The notes beneath the pieces were generated by a model. It did not search any database, was not told where the DNA came from, and worked only from the letters and a program-made list of their open reading frames with translations. Shown in pieces: positions 51,139-60,247 of a DNA stretch of 64,000 bases. Position numbers and translations under genes: made by a program. Origin of the DNA: Polyangiaceae bacterium (GTDB lineage: Bacteria > Myxococcota_A > Polyangia > Polyangiales > Polyangiaceae); NCBI GenBank assembly GCA_035063585.1, contig JAPSGB010000012.1, positions 77,235-141,234 on the forward strand, given 5' to 3'. Each line of letters begins with the position of its first letter. Position 1 is the first letter of the stretch.

Positions 51139-51881
51139 CCGCCGCCGGTGCTCTGCCAGGCGGCGCGCCCCACGAAGAACGGCCCCATCTGCGCGATGAA
51201 TTCGCTGGTCTGGCGCGTCCGGCGCATGGTCTGGACGACGTGCGAGAGCGGGTGCAGCGACTTGCCGATGAGGCCGATGATGAACTCGTTGTCGCGCGCG
51301 TCGAGGCCGTGGGAGACGAGCCGGACGTCGTGCGCGAGATCGGCGGCGCCGTACGCGCGGCCGATGACCGCGTGCTCGCGCAAGATGGCGCCCTTGTCGC
51401 GGCCCTCGAGGCGCTCGAAGGAGCCGGTGCGCCGGAGCGGATACCAGATCGCCCACGGCCAGGCCGGGTTGGTTGCGGTGACGCGCGGCCGTTCGAGGAG
51501 CGCCTGCTCGAGGTTCGGCTCGTGCCCGCTGCTGTAGCTGCGGCCGAACATGGTAAAGGCCGGGTTCAGGGTGAGCCCGCTCGCTTCCGGGTCGTTCACC
51601 GCGGCCCGCACGGTGGTGACGAAGTGGGCCGGCTCCTCGCTCCAGGTGAGCAGGCCGAGGCCGCGAGGGTTGCTTACGTCCTCGTAGATGACGGCGGCGG
51701 CGCCGCGTCGCTCGAGCGCCGCGCGGAGCGCGGCAAGGGCGCTCTCCGGCGAGCGGTCGCGCGCCACGTCGAAGACGAGGAGCTGCATGAAGAGCCGCCG
51801 GTCCATGACCTGCGGCTGGCCATCGCGGTCGGCGCCCCGCTCAGTGACGTCGACGGAGACTGACTCGTTCGGGCTCGGCAT
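51135..51881 (-). CDS. chlorite dismutase-family protein, probably coproheme decarboxylase (ChdC/HemQ)-like
   Basis: WYPLRR, LREHAVIGRAY (proximal His), SHGLD..EFI, QTMRRT..S, GPFFVG. Confidence 0.78.
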   Translation of the reverse strand: MPSPNESVSVDVTERGADRDGQPQVMDRRLFMQLLVFDVARDRSPESALAALRAALERRGAAAVIYEDVSNPRGLGLLTWSEEPAHFVTTVRAAVNDPEASGLTLNPAFTMFGRSYSSGHEPNLEQALLERPRVTATNPAWPWAIWYPLRRTGSFERLEGRDKGAILREHAVIGRAYGAADLAHDVRLVSHGLDARDNEFIIGLIGKSLHPLSHVVQTMRRTRQTSEFIAQMGPFFVGRAAWQSTGGG

Positions 51882-52008
51882 CGCGGCGGATCTCTAGCGC
51901 AGCAGGTCGGGCTCACCAAGCCGGGCGCGCCGCGCGCCCGGTCGATTTCGCGCCGAACCCGCCCGCGCCGCGTCCGGTTCGGCGATACTAGTGCTAGGCT
52001 GCCGCGCC

Positions 52009-53337
52009 GTGTCGCTCTCGCCCGGAGTCCCCGAGCCGTCCGACTCGCCTGCCGACCGGAGCGCGGGCGGAGCGGGCGGGCTCGAACACCCGCTCCCGGC
52101 CGGCATGCGCGATTTCCTGCCCACCGAGGCGCGGCGCCAGGCCGCGCTCGTCCGGCGGGTGATCGCGAGCTTCGAGCTCTTCGGATATGAGCGCGTGAGC
52201 GTGCCGGCGTTCGAGTACGCCGAGGTGCTCGAGAAGGGGCTCGGCGCGCTCGAGCCGGAGGACGTCCTCCGCTTCGTCGAGCCGGAGACGGGGCAGGTGG
52301 TCGCGCTCCGCCCGGACATGACCCCGCAGATCGCGCGGCTCACCGCCACGCGGCTCGGGCGCGCGCCGGGGCCGGCTCGCCTCTGCTACGAGGGCTCGGT
52401 GCTCCGGCGACGTCGCGAGCGGGCGCGCCGGCATCGGCAGATCCCGCAGGCCGGGATCGAGCTGGTCGGGCTCGCGGCGCCCGAGGGTGATCTCGAGGTG
52501 CTCGAAGTGGCGTCCGCCGCGGTTCGCGCCGCGGGGCTCGGCGAGTTCGTGGTCGATCTCGGGCACACCGGCGTGGCGAGCGCCCTACTCGCGGGAGCGG
52601 CGCCGCCCGCGCGTGCGGTGCTCGTGGAGGCGCTCTCGCTGAAGGACGGCGCGACCCTGGTGCGACAGGCCGAGCGCGCGGGGCTCGCGCGCGATGAAGT
52701 GCGCGCGCTCGCCGCGCTCCCCGAGCTCCACGGCGGAGTCGAGGTGTGGGAGCGCGCGCTCGCCGCGCTCTCGGCGACGCCCGCCGCGGCAGCGAGCGCC
52801 GAGCTCCACGCGCTCTATCGGGCAGCCGACTCGCTCGGGCTCGCGCCCCGGCTCACCGTGGATCTCGGTGAGCCGCGCGGCTTCGCCTACTACACGGGCG
52901 TCACCTTCCAGCTGCTCGCGGCTGGGCCCGGGCAACCCGTCGGCTCGGGCGGGCGCTACGACGGCCTGCTCGCGCGCTTCGGTGCGCCGCGTCCGGCGGC
53001 GGGGTTCGGGCTCGACCTCGACAACCTCGCGTGGGCGCTCGCGCACGCGGGCGTGGCGGCGCCGCCGCCGCCGCGCGTGCTGGTGTCGGGCGAGGGCGCG
53101 CTGCCGCTGCTCGCCGCGCTCCGAGCGCGCGGTCTCGCGTGCGCGCCGGCCCCGAGTGGCGCGGACGCGGAGGGCTACGCGAGCGCGTGGAGCTTCTCGT
53201 ACCGGCTAGCGCTCGACGGCGCCGGCGCGAGGCTGCTCTCGAACGGTCGGGGAGAGTGGGTCGAGCTGACCGCCGCGTCACCGGCCGAGCTGGCCACCCG
53301 CGTGGCGGAGCGAATCGAGCACGAGGCGCGTCGCTGA
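52009..53337 (+). CDS. hisZ: ATP phosphoribosyltransferase regulatory subunit
   Basis: LPAGMRDFLP, LRPDMTPQIAR, RLCYEGSV, QAGIELVG, YYTG, GGRYDGL; adjacent to purA. Confidence 0.9.
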   Translation: MSLSPGVPEPSDSPADRSAGGAGGLEHPLPAGMRDFLPTEARRQAALVRRVIASFELFGYERVSVPAFEYAEVLEKGLGALEPEDVLRFVEPETGQVVALRPDMTPQIARLTATRLGRAPGPARLCYEGSVLRRRRERARRHRQIPQAGIELVGLAAPEGDLEVLEVASAAVRAAGLGEFVVDLGHTGVASALLAGAAPPARAVLVEALSLKDGATLVRQAERAGLARDEVRALAALPELHGGVEVWERALAALSATPAAAASAELHALYRAADSLGLAPRLTVDLGEPRGFAYYTGVTFQLLAAGPGQPVGSGGRYDGLLARFGAPRPAAGFGLDLDNLAWALAHAGVAAPPPPRVLVSGEGALPLLAALRARGLACAPAPSGADAEGYASAWSFSYRLALDGAGARLLSNGRGEWVELTAASPAELATRVAERIEHEARR

Positions 53338-53356
53338 GGCGCGCCGAGCGAGGAAC

Positions 53357-54679
53357 ATGGCTGCTGTCGTGATCGTGGGCGCTCAGTGGGGCGATGAAGG
53401 CAAGGGTAAGGTCGTCGATCTCTATACCGAGAACGCCGAGCTGGTGGTGCGCTACGCGGGCGGCCCGAACGCGGGACACACGCTGGTGGTCGGCGACGAC
53501 AAACTGGTCGTGCGCCTCTTGCCGAGCGGGATCCTGCGCGAGGGGACCCGCTGCGTGCTCGGGCAGGGGATGGTCGTCGATCTCGACGTCCTGGTCGGCG
53601 AGATCGACGAGCTCGTGCGTCGAGGGCAGTCGGGGCTCGAACGCCGGCTCTTCGTGAGCGATCGAGCGCACCTCATCCTGCCCTATCACGTCATGATCGA
53701 CGAGCTGCGCGAGGGCGCAGCCAGCAAGGATCGCGCGATCGGCACCACCAAGAAGGGTATCGGCCCGGCGTACGAGGACAAGGCGCGGCGCACCGGCGTC
53801 CGCGCCGGCGAGCTCCGCGAGCCCGCCAAGCTGCGCGCCCGCATCGAAGCGGCGCTCGAAGCCTGGGCGCCCACCATCGCGGCGCTCGGTGGCGAGCAGC
53901 CCGCCGTCGACGGGATCCTCGAGCGGCTGGCTGGTCCGGCGCGCCGCATCGTGCCGCTCCTCACCGATGCGTCGCGGCTCGTCGACGAGGCGCTCCGCCA
54001 GGGCGCGCGCGCGCTCTTCGAAGGCGCGCAGGGGACGCTCCTCGACATCGATCACGGCACCTACCCGTTCGTCACCTCGAGCTCGGCGGTCGCCGGCGGA
54101 GCCGGCACCGGGGTCGGCATCGGCCCGACCCGGATCGACGCGGTCATCGGCATCACCAAGGCGTACACCACACGAGTCGGCAGCGGGCCGTTTCCGACCG
54201 AGCTCCACGATGCGGCCGGTCAGCACCTGCGCGACGTGGGCGTCGAGTTCGGCTCGGTCACCAAGCGACCGCGCCGCACCGGCTGGCTCGACGTGCCCGC
54301 GCTCCGCTACGCTGCGCGCGTGAACGGCCTCGACGGGCTCGCGCTCACCAAGCTCGACGTGCTCACCGGGCTGGAGCGGGTGAAGGTGTGTGTGGCCTAC
54401 GACACCCCGTCGGGTCGGACGCTCGAGTTTCCCATCGACCGGCTCGATGAGCCGGGGGTCATCACGCCGGTCTACGAAGAGCTCGAGGGCTGGTCCGAGC
54501 CGGTCGTCGGCGCGCGCACGCTCGGCGAGCTCCCGCGAAACGCTCGCGCGTACGTACGCTTCATCGAGGCGCGCACCGAGGTGCGCGCGGTGCTGGTGAG
54601 CGTCGGGCCTCGGCGGAGCGAGACGATCCTGCTCGCCGATCCGTTTACGCGGCGGGCCACCAGCGAGCCGGTGGGCTAA
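53357..54679 (+). CDS. purA: adenylosuccinate synthetase
   Basis: GAQWGDEGKGK, NAGHT, IGTTKKGIGPAY, EGAQG, TYPFVTSS, RRTGWLD. Confidence 0.97.
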   Translation: MAAVVIVGAQWGDEGKGKVVDLYTENAELVVRYAGGPNAGHTLVVGDDKLVVRLLPSGILREGTRCVLGQGMVVDLDVLVGEIDELVRRGQSGLERRLFVSDRAHLILPYHVMIDELREGAASKDRAIGTTKKGIGPAYEDKARRTGVRAGELREPAKLRARIEAALEAWAPTIAALGGEQPAVDGILERLAGPARRIVPLLTDASRLVDEALRQGARALFEGAQGTLLDIDHGTYPFVTSSSAVAGGAGTGVGIGPTRIDAVIGITKAYTTRVGSGPFPTELHDAAGQHLRDVGVEFGSVTKRPRRTGWLDVPALRYAARVNGLDGLALTKLDVLTGLERVKVCVAYDTPSGRTLEFPIDRLDEPGVITPVYEELEGWSEPVVGARTLGELPRNARAYVRFIEARTEVRAVLVSVGPRRSETILLADPFTRRATSEPVG

Positions 54680-54687
54680 GGTTCGGC

Positions 54688-55647
54688 ATGCCCGCGCTCG
54701 CCGCCGCCGCGCTGCTCGCGGGGCTCGCCGCGGGGCCCGCGAGCCCTGCGGCCGAGCTGGGCGCGGTGGCCGCGGCGAGCGCTCGCCCACCGGAGTGCGT
54801 GCGGTTCGCGCGCGTCGCTCGGCGGCCGGACACGCTCTGGGAGCGCGCCCGTGAGCCTGAGCTCGCGGCCTGGTGCCGGGTCATGGCGCGCGGCGCCTCG
54901 GAGCTCGCCACTGCGCCGGAGCGGGCGCGCGCTTCCGCGCGGGCGGCGGAGCAGCTCGCGCCGGGGCGCGCGGCGGCGCTCGTCCTCGCCGCGCGCGCCG
55001 CCCTCGCGCTCGGCGAGCTCGAGGCGGCGTGGGGCGACTTTCGGCGCGCCCTCGCGCGCTCGGCGAGCAGCGTAGAGTCGCCCGCAGCGCTCCACGATCT
55101 CGCCGTCGTCGCGGCGCGCACCGGACACGCGGAGGAGGCGCGCCGCGCCTATCGCGCGCTCGCCGCGCGCGCCTCGCTCCTGCCGAGCGAGGTGCGCCGA
55201 GAGCGCGCGTATCTGGAGGCGGCCTGCTGGGTGATGGACGCGGGGTCGAGCGGGCTCACCGAGGCCATCGGGTACCTCGAGGAGGCGCGCCGCCACGCGC
55301 AGCCGGGCTCCGGCGCCGTGACGCTCGCTGCGCTCGCGCTCGCGCTCGATCGCGACGGACGGGGCGACGAGGCGCAGGGCGCGGCGGCGGAGGCCGGAGG
55401 GCCGTGGGGGCTGGCGGAGCTCGCCGGGATCGACGGCGAGGTGCCGGCTCGGGCAGCGCGAGCGCTGCCGGTGCTGCCGCCGGGCGAGCTCGCGGCGATG
55501 GTCGGCGTGCTCGCGGAGCGCCAGGATCCCGCGCTCGCGGAGGACGCCTGGCGCGCCGTGCTCGCCGCGCGCCCGGAGGGCCCCTGGGCGGAGTACGCGA
55601 AGCGCAAGCTCGGCTCGTCCGGGCGCGCGCGGAGGGTGAGCCGGTGA
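54688..55647 (+). CDS. exported TPR-like protein
   Basis: Signal-like N-terminus; Ala-rich helical repeats (LAARAALALGELEAAW.DF, LHDLAVVAARTGH). Confidence 0.7.
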   Translation: MPALAAAALLAGLAAGPASPAAELGAVAAASARPPECVRFARVARRPDTLWERAREPELAAWCRVMARGASELATAPERARASARAAEQLAPGRAAALVLAARAALALGELEAAWGDFRRALARSASSVESPAALHDLAVVAARTGHAEEARRAYRALAARASLLPSEVRRERAYLEAACWVMDAGSSGLTEAIGYLEEARRHAQPGSGAVTLAALALALDRDGRGDEAQGAAAEAGGPWGLAELAGIDGEVPARAARALPVLPPGELAAMVGVLAERQDPALAEDAWRAVLAARPEGPWAEYAKRKLGSSGRARRVSR

Positions 55648-56627
55648 CGCGCGTCGCGCGGCTCGGCGCGGCGGTGCTCGGTCTCGCCGCGGCGCTCGCT
55701 TCGAGCGCCGCGCGCGCCGAGCCGTCGCTCTGGGACGTCGCGCGCGATCCGGCCGAGGCGCGCGCGAGCTTCGTGCTCCGCGCGGCCGAGCGGAAGCTCA
55801 TCGAGTCGAGCGAGGCGAGCTTCGATCCGGGCGCGCCGGCGCGCTTCACTCGCGCGGCCATCGCGATGCTCGAGCTGGCCCGCGGGCGCGAGCTGCCCGA
55901 CCCGCGCCTGCGCTATTTGCTCGGCTCCCTGCTGGCGGACAGCTCCGTGCGTCGCTACGCCGAGGCGCGGGTCGAGCTCGAACGCGCGCTCCGAGAGGCT
56001 CCGGACAGCCCGCTCGCCGGGGACGCCTGGTTCACACTCGGCGTCACCTTCGCCTCGCTCGACGACCCGCGCAAGGAGATCGACGCCTACGGGCACGCGC
56101 TCGGCCTCCTCTGGCGGCGCGATCAGCGGGCGACGCTCTACATGAACCGCGGCGAGGCCTGGATGCGCCTCTACGAGCTACGCCCAGCGCTCGCTGATTT
56201 TCGTGCCGCCGTCGCCTCGGCCGAGTCTCCCGTGACGGTGGCGCTCGCCGCCTACGATCTCGGCGTTGGGCTAGAACGGAGCGGCGATCTTCCCTCCGCG
56301 CTCGACGCGGTGGCGCGCGGGGCCGCGGTGCGGATCCCGTCGGCGTTCGGGCCGCGGAGCGTGCTCGACGTCTCCTCCGTGTTCTTCGTCCCGGACTACG
56401 AGGACAACTACTATCGAGCGCTCGAGGCGATGGCGCTCGCGCGGCAGGCGTCGCCCGCCGAGGCGGCGCCGCTCTACGAGAGCGCGAGCCGCTTCTGGGA
56501 GCGCTACGCGGCGCGCGCCGCCAAGGATCGGCCGCCCTGGCTCGCGCACGCGGCGCTCCTCGCCAGCTCCTGCCGCGACAAGGCGCGCGCGCTCGAGCGG
56601 GCGTCGCCGAAGCCGCACCGCCGCTGA
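55644..56627 (+). CDS. exported TPR protein
   Basis: Signal ending AARA; TPRs (YLLGSLL, AWFTLGV, YMNRGEA, YDLGVGL); GTGA overlap. Confidence 0.75.
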   Translation: MTRVARLGAAVLGLAAALASSAARAEPSLWDVARDPAEARASFVLRAAERKLIESSEASFDPGAPARFTRAAIAMLELARGRELPDPRLRYLLGSLLADSSVRRYAEARVELERALREAPDSPLAGDAWFTLGVTFASLDDPRKEIDAYGHALGLLWRRDQRATLYMNRGEAWMRLYELRPALADFRAAVASAESPVTVALAAYDLGVGLERSGDLPSALDAVARGAAVRIPSAFGPRSVLDVSSVFFVPDYEDNYYRALEAMALARQASPAEAAPLYESASRFWERYAARAAKDRPPWLAHAALLASSCRDKARALERASPKPHRR

Positions 56628-56629
56628 GC

Positions 56630-57763
56630 TCACGCGGCGCGCGGCAAGGACGGCGTGTCGTCCGGCTCGCTGCGGAGGATCCGGCTCACGCTCTCGGCGT
56701 CCTCCACCGACTCGAACACCGGGCGGAGCTCGGGGCCGCGCTCGCCCTCACCGAAGGCGCCGCTCGGCGCGAGCGCGCGCGCGCGCGGCCCGTCGAGCAC
56801 CAAGAACACGGTTCGGAGCCCGTCGCCGCTCGGGGCGTCGATGACGTCGACGATACGCGCGCGATCGAGGTGGAGCTCCTCGACGCCGCGTTGGATGAGG
56901 ACGCGGCGGTTGGTGACGAGGTAGCGCGTCTCGCGCGCCAGGCGGCCCGGGCGGACCACCGCGTCGAAGATCAGCCAGCTCGCGGTCGCGAGCACGAGCC
57001 CGGCCGAGAGCGCGATGCCGAGCACGAGCGCGAGGAACGCCGCCGAACGTATCGGGAGCCCGGCTCGCGCGAGGTGCTCGAGGTTCGGTACCGACTCGAG
57101 CACGGTCCGCGCGAACACCGCGAGCAGGACCGCAGCGATGGCGAGCTGCATCCACTCGCGCCGGCCGTGCGGTCGGAACGCGCGCCAGGCGGAGCGAGGC
57201 CGCGCCGCCCAGAGCACCCGCTCGCCCGCGTCGAGCCGCTGCGTGAGCGGGCGCTCGCCGGTGCCGCGCGGCGAGACGTGCTCGGCGCCGCGGATGATCG
57301 CCCAGACGCGATCGGGAGCTGCGAGCCCCGGCATTCGCAGCACCAGTCGGCGATGCAGTGCGCCGGTCGGCACCGCGCGGACCAGCTCGAGATCTCCCAT
57401 GCCCGGGTGGGTGCGGCTCCAGAAGATCCTGGCAAAACTCACCGAGCGCCGCTCGATGCTGCGGCGGTAGGCGCCGCGCTGGTAGATCACGTGGTTCTCG
57501 GTGACGGTGTAGCGGACTCCCGAGAGCCACAGCCGCGGCCCTTGCAGGCAGGCGATGCCGAGCGTGGTCGCCCACGCGCCGAAGAGGAGCGTGGCGGCCG
57601 GTGAGAGCTGGAGCGCGAGCGCGGTCACGAGCGCGAAGAGCGTCGAGACCGCCGCGGTGACGAACAGCACGGCGGCCGCGATCGTGAAGAGCGGCGGGGT
57701 GGACACCGTCTCGGGGTACCCCGACCACTCGATGCGCTCGCCGAAGAGGGGATCCTGAGCCAC
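56630..57763 (-). CDS. membrane protein with two tandem bacterial PH-like modules
   Basis: GERIEWSGYP..2TM..RYTVTENHVIYQRG recurs as GERVLWAARP..2TM..RYLVTNRRVLIQRG. Confidence 0.7.
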   Translation of the reverse strand: MAQDPLFGERIEWSGYPETVSTPPLFTIAAAVLFVTAAVSTLFALVTALALQLSPAATLLFGAWATTLGIACLQGPRLWLSGVRYTVTENHVIYQRGAYRRSIERRSVSFARIFWSRTHPGMGDLELVRAVPTGALHRRLVLRMPGLAAPDRVWAIIRGAEHVSPRGTGERPLTQRLDAGERVLWAARPRSAWRAFRPHGRREWMQLAIAAVLLAVFARTVLESVPNLEHLARAGLPIRSAAFLALVLGIALSAGLVLATASWLIFDAVVRPGRLARETRYLVTNRRVLIQRGVEELHLDRARIVDVIDAPSGDGLRTVFLVLDGPRARALAPSGAFGEGERGPELRPVFESVEDAESVSRILRSEPDDTPSLPRAA

Positions 57764-57841
57764 TTATAGCCAGCCTTCCCGGTTAGGGTGCGGCGTCCGG
57801 CGGGCTCCGTCCAGGCTCGCGGCGCGGAATTGCTCGCGCGC

Positions 57842-58939
57842 TCAGGTGGCCGGCGCGACGAACACGATCTCGACCCGTTCGTTGCGCGCCGCGGCGCCCG
57901 ACTGAGCCGGGTCGAGCACCGGCGCCGCGCCTCCGGCGGCGGCCGCCTCGACCTTGGGGGCGCCCGCGTCCTGAAGCGCGCGCGCGATCGTCGCGGCTCG
58001 CTTTCCGTCGCGAGCAGAAGCCGCGCCCGCGGCCGCGTGCACGACGACGAGCACCGGGAAGTCCGGGTGCGCGGCGGCCACCCGCGCCAGGGTCTCGAGG
58101 AGCGCCTTCGCCGTCGCGGTCGGCTGCTCTCCGGGGCCGAGCACGCCGCGCAGGGTGACCACGACGCCGCGGTCGTCGCGGTACGGCTGGAGCCCGTCGA
58201 GCTTCGACAGCTCGCTCAGCAGGGCGTCCGACTGGCCCGCGCTCGGCGCCTGGCGGGCGGCCGGGCGGCGCGTATGGGTGAGCACGGCGAGGCACGCGGC
58301 GCGCAGGCGGAACGCGTCGTCGATGGGCGTCGCCTTGGGTGAGCCGGCGAGCGTCTGGTCGAGCGCGCCGAGGTCCGAGAGCGCGCGGTCGAGCGCCGCG
58401 CCGTGGGCGCCGAGCAGCGTCGCCGAGACGCAGAGCAGCCGTGCCTCGAGGGCGAGCGAGCGCGCCGCCTCGAGCCGGGCGCGCTCTCGCTCCGGGGTCG
58501 CGGGCTGGTTCGGGACCAGCGGCAGCGCGTCCTCCGCGACCTTGGCGCGGAGCTCGAGGGCGTCGGCTTCCGCGGTGACGCGCGCGACCTTCTCATCGAG
58601 CGCGCTGACCGCGCGCTCGGCGTCGCTCCGCCGAGCCTCGGCGGCAGCGAGCCGTCGCTCGGCCCGGGCGAGCCGCGCGAGCACGAAGGCGCGCCCGTAG
58701 GCGGCGATGGCCTGCTCGCCGATGATCTGCGAGCCGGCCACGTCGTCGTCGTCGAAGGCTCGCTCGGCGCGCGCTCGCAGGAGCCTTGCCTGCGCGACCG
58801 CTTGGGGTGCAAGCTCGTCGGCCTGGATCGCCGCGGGCGAGCGGCTGGCGGCGTCGGCCTCACTGAGCACGCGGGGGCGCGGCGTCGGCGCGCAGGAGCC
58901 GAGCGCGCCGAGGAGCGCGAGCGCGAGCAGTCGCTTCAC
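57842..58939 (-). CDS. lipoprotein with coiled coil and C-terminal OmpA-like domain
   Basis: VKRLLALALLGALGSC lipobox; DDRGVVVTLRG...VVVH...KRA...RNERVEIVF. Confidence 0.72.
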   Translation of the reverse strand: MKRLLALALLGALGSCAPTPRPRVLSEADAASRSPAAIQADELAPQAVAQARLLRARAERAFDDDDVAGSQIIGEQAIAAYGRAFVLARLARAERRLAAAEARRSDAERAVSALDEKVARVTAEADALELRAKVAEDALPLVPNQPATPERERARLEAARSLALEARLLCVSATLLGAHGAALDRALSDLGALDQTLAGSPKATPIDDAFRLRAACLAVLTHTRRPAARQAPSAGQSDALLSELSKLDGLQPYRDDRGVVVTLRGVLGPGEQPTATAKALLETLARVAAAHPDFPVLVVVHAAAGAASARDGKRAATIARALQDAGAPKVEAAAAGGAAPVLDPAQSGAAARNERVEIVFVAPAT

Positions 58940-59475
58940 GGCTTGGCCTTCCCGGCGCCTGCGCCGCCGGGGGGCGACGTCGCGGGTCGTTTCGGGCCCG
59001 CAGTCCCCGCCGCGGAGGAGGTCGCCGCCGGCGCGCCGCCGTCTGCCTCGAGCGCGCGGAGCCGCACCTCGGCGCGGCCGCGGCGCGCGAGCGCCTCTTC
59101 GAGCAAGGTCCGCGCGCGCGTCGCCCTCCGCTCTGCCTCGGCGGCACGCCGCTCGACCTCGTCCGCCTGCTTCTCGGCAGCGGCGGCGCGCGCGAGGTCG
59201 CTCGCGGTTCCCGCCCACTCGAGCGCGAGCGCCTCGAGTTGCCCACCGTGGAGTCGATCGCCCGCGGCGCGCGCGCTCCTGGCGCGGTCGAGCGCGTGAC
59301 GTGCCTTGCCGAGAGGCTCGGCGGCGAGCTTGGCGGTCGCGGCGTCGGTCTCGAGGCGCTTCACCGCTGCCTCGGCCTCGGCGCGCGGGTCCCCGGCGCC
59401 CCGCGCGACCCCGACCGCGACGCCGACCGTGAGCCCGGCAGCAGCGAGGAGTCCTGACACACGAGCGAGCCGCAC
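58936..59475 (-). CDS. exported coiled-coil protein (DUF4398-like partner of the OmpA-like gene)
   Basis: Hydrophobic N-terminus, helical Ala/Glu/Arg-rich body, GTGA overlap with the next gene; start uncertain. Confidence 0.6.
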   Translation of the reverse strand: MRLARVSGLLAAAGLTVGVAVGVARGAGDPRAEAEAAVKRLETDAATAKLAAEPLGKARHALDRARSARAAGDRLHGGQLEALALEWAGTASDLARAAAAEKQADEVERRAAEAERRATRARTLLEEALARRGRAEVRLRALEADGGAPAATSSAAGTAGPKRPATSPPGGAGAGKAKP

Positions 59476-59549
59476 GGCCGGCAACAAGCCACGAGCGCCG
59501 GGCGCGGTCAAGCGCGCGCCCCAGAACGACCGCCTCTGCGCTCGCGAAG

Positions 59550-59685
59550 CGAGCCCGCGCAGCGGCGGGGGGAGCAGTTGCGAAGCAAGCTGCGGGGGGC
59601 GAAGGCCCCCCCACAAACCAATCCGAGCCCGCGCAGCGGCGGGGGGAGCAGTTGCGAAGCAAGCTGCGGGGGGCGAAGGCCCCCC
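59550..59685. repeat. two identical 62-bp direct repeats with GAA-loop hairpins (REP-like)
   Basis: CGAGCCCGCGCAGCGGCGGGGGGAGCAGTTGCGAAGCAAGCTGCGGGGGGCGAAGGCCCCCC at 59550-59611 and 59624-59685, intergenic. Confidence 0.9.
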
Positions 59686-59797
59686 GAGACCAACCCCCGA
59701 CGCCGGCCGCGCCGGACCGACACTCCTTCGAAGGCGGCGGAGGAGCGGGCTCGTAGCGGCCGAGCGACTGCGCTATAGGCCTCGCCGAGAGGACGAC

Positions 59798-60247
59798 ATG
59801 ACACGGCGTCGCGCGGGCTGGGACGAGTATTTCATGGCGATCGCGCGCCAGGTGGCGACGCGTTCGACCTGCGAGCGCAAGCACGTCGGCGCGGTCATCG
59901 TGCGAGAGAAGATGCTGCTCGCGACCGGCTATAACGGCAGCATCCGCGGGCTCGCCCACTGTGACGACGAGGGGCACCTGATGGAAGACGGCCACTGCGT
60001 CCGCACCGTGCACGCCGAGGCGAACGCCATCGTGCAGGCGGCGCGGAACGGTGTGCGTGTGGAAGGCGCGGGGATCTACGTGACCGCGTCGCCGTGCTTC
60101 GGCTGCTTCAAACTCATCGCGAACGCCGGGCTCGCGCGGATCGTGTTCGGGGAGTTCTACCGCGACGAGCGCATCTATACGCTGAGTCAGCAGCTCGACA
60201 TCGCGCTCGAGCACCTGCCCATCGAACAGCTCCCGGTGGCGCCGTGA
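59798..60247 (+). CDS. dCMP deaminase family protein
   Basis: WDEYFM.IA..VATRSTC, TGYNG, HAEANAI, SPCFGC. Confidence 0.92.
   Translation: MTRRRAGWDEYFMAIARQVATRSTCERKHVGAVIVREKMLLATGYNGSIRGLAHCDDEGHLMEDGHCVRTVHAEANAIVQAARNGVRVEGAGIYVTASPCFGCFKLIANAGLARIVFGEFYRDERIYTLSQQLDIALEHLPIEQLPVAP

Noticed and set aside
59550..59685. CRISPR array
   Set aside because: Only two 62-bp units with a 12-bp gap and no cas genes.
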